This document shows, in pieces, positions 63,118 through 64,000 of a DNA stretch of 64,000 nt. Position 1 is the first letter of the stretch, and each line of letters begins with the position of its first letter. Made by a program: the position numbers and the translations under genes. The notes beneath the pieces were generated by a model. The model was given only the letters and a program-made list of their open reading frames with translations, was not told where the DNA came from and did not search any database. Location of the stretch: the NCBI GenBank assembly GCA_051362555.1, contig CM120643.1:12932644-12996643 (forward strand), in the 5' to 3' direction. The stretch is from Lingula anatina. Its lineage: Eukaryota; Animalia; Brachiopoda.

Positions 63118-64000
63118 TCATTTTTGGGTGATTTTGAGTGATTTTCGTTAGGTCCGGATATGGTAGTTTTCTTCAATTTTGGCCAGGTAGGGATGAAAAA
63201 TTTTTTTCTTCAATATTGTGTCAGGTAGGTGTGTTTGGTCATTTGTAGTGAGGGTAAAGTACTGGAAGAGTGGTTGTGTCATTATTAAGGAAGAAATAGA
63301 GCAAAAACTCTCTCCACCCCCCCCCCCCTCTCTCTCCAAATCCTGTTCTCAGGTGTGCTTTCTGGCAATCTTTAAAGCTGAAATTGGGGGCTTTAATGAA
63401 GTGATCCGGGCGCGTTTCCACATTTTTTATGAATGACAGGTGTGATAAATTGATTTTCATGACTTTTTGGAAAAATTGGTGACGGGTCATTTTTGGGTGA
63501 TTTTGAGTGATTTTCGTAAGGTCCGGATATGGCAGTTTTCTTCAATTTTGACCAGGTAGGGATGAAAAATTTTTTTCTTCAATATTGTGTCAGGTAGGTG
63601 TGTTTGGTCATTTGTAGTGAGGGTAAAGTACTGGAAGAGTGGTTGTGTCATTATTAAGGAAGAAATAGAGCAAAAACTCTCTCCACCCCCCCCCCCCCCC
63701 CCTCTCTCTCCAAATCCTGTTCTCAGGTGTGCTTTCTGGCAATCTTTAAAGCTGAAATTGGGGGCTTTAATGAAGTGATCCGGGCGCGTTTCCACATTTT
63801 TTATGAATGACAGGTGTGATAAATTGATTTTCATGACTTTTTGGAAAAATTGGTGACGGGTCATTTTTGGGTGATTTTGAGTGATTTTCGTAAGGTCCGG
63901 ATATGGCAGTTTTCTTCAATTTTGACCAGGTAGGGATGAAAAATTTTTTTCTTCAATATTGTGTCAGGTAGGTGTGTTTGGTCATTTGTAGTGAGGGTAA

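Larger units (their letters stand above)
1..64000. repeat. Tandem satellite DNA array, ~363-bp monomer, ~175-178 copies, single orientation, runs off both window ends
   Basis: The unit TCATTTTTGGGTGATTTTGAGTGATTTTCGTAAGGTCCGG...AAAATTGGTGACGGG recurs mostly every ~350-375 bp from start to end with only scattered substitutions and homopolymer indels. ORF-track peptides repeat with the same period. No intervening unique sequence seen. Confidence 0.99.
48400..64000. repeat. Satellite subfamily domain III
   Basis: Enriched alleles GTGTGATAAA, GGCAATGTTT, TTTGACCAGG, GGGCCTTAA, GATCCGCGCAC, GGATTATGTAG, TTTTTCGGTGA. No 230-bp monomer. Confidence 0.82.

Noticed and set aside
170-63864. Hundreds of 60-199 aa ORFs on both strands as protein-coding genes
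   Set aside because: All are translations of the same monomer in overlapping frames, broken by homopolymer indels, with no recognisable domain. None is called as CDS.
1-64000. CRISPR array or variable-cassette (integron or antigenic variation) system
   Set aside because: There are no unique spacers or cassettes. The whole ~363-bp unit is repeated, and no cas, integrase or recombinase gene is present.
1-64000. Transposon insertions or array inversions
   Set aside because: I saw no foreign sequence, terminal repeats or strand switch. Monomer ORF orientation is constant throughout.

Overview
The whole 64 kb window is one uninterrupted head-to-tail tandem satellite array of a ~363-bp monomer: about 175-178 copies, all in one orientation, ~40% GC by hand count of one monomer, with the + strand T/G-rich. 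I see no genes, RNA genes, transposons, CRISPR spacers or unique DNA. The ORF track is simply the translated monomer. The array looks like eukaryotic (peri)centromeric or heterochromatic satellite DNA, and I cannot assign it to a named family. Its structure is in the variants. There are three haplotype domains (~1-33.5 kb, ~33.8-48.4 kb, ~48.4-64 kb) and nested higher-order repeats or duplications: a 2-mer, a ~3-mer, 4-mers, a 7-mer, a 12/13-mer, a 20-mer and a 5.6-kb block repeated at a 17.4-kb offset. There are recurrent structural variants (a 133-bp deletion, a 10-bp deletion, loss of the poly-C tract), chimeric junction monomers and CpG-type decay. Inside the monomer there are a CENP-B-box-like 17-mer, an H-DNA-like mirror repeat around a hypervariable poly-C tract, four CAGGT(A/G) motifs and traces of ~121-bp and ~37-bp sub-repeats. 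I found no convincing new protein-coding system. The monomer-long minus-strand ORF with ATGA stop/start overlap is reported only as a low-confidence curiosity. All alignments were done by eye or from ORF-track offsets, so boundaries are approximate.
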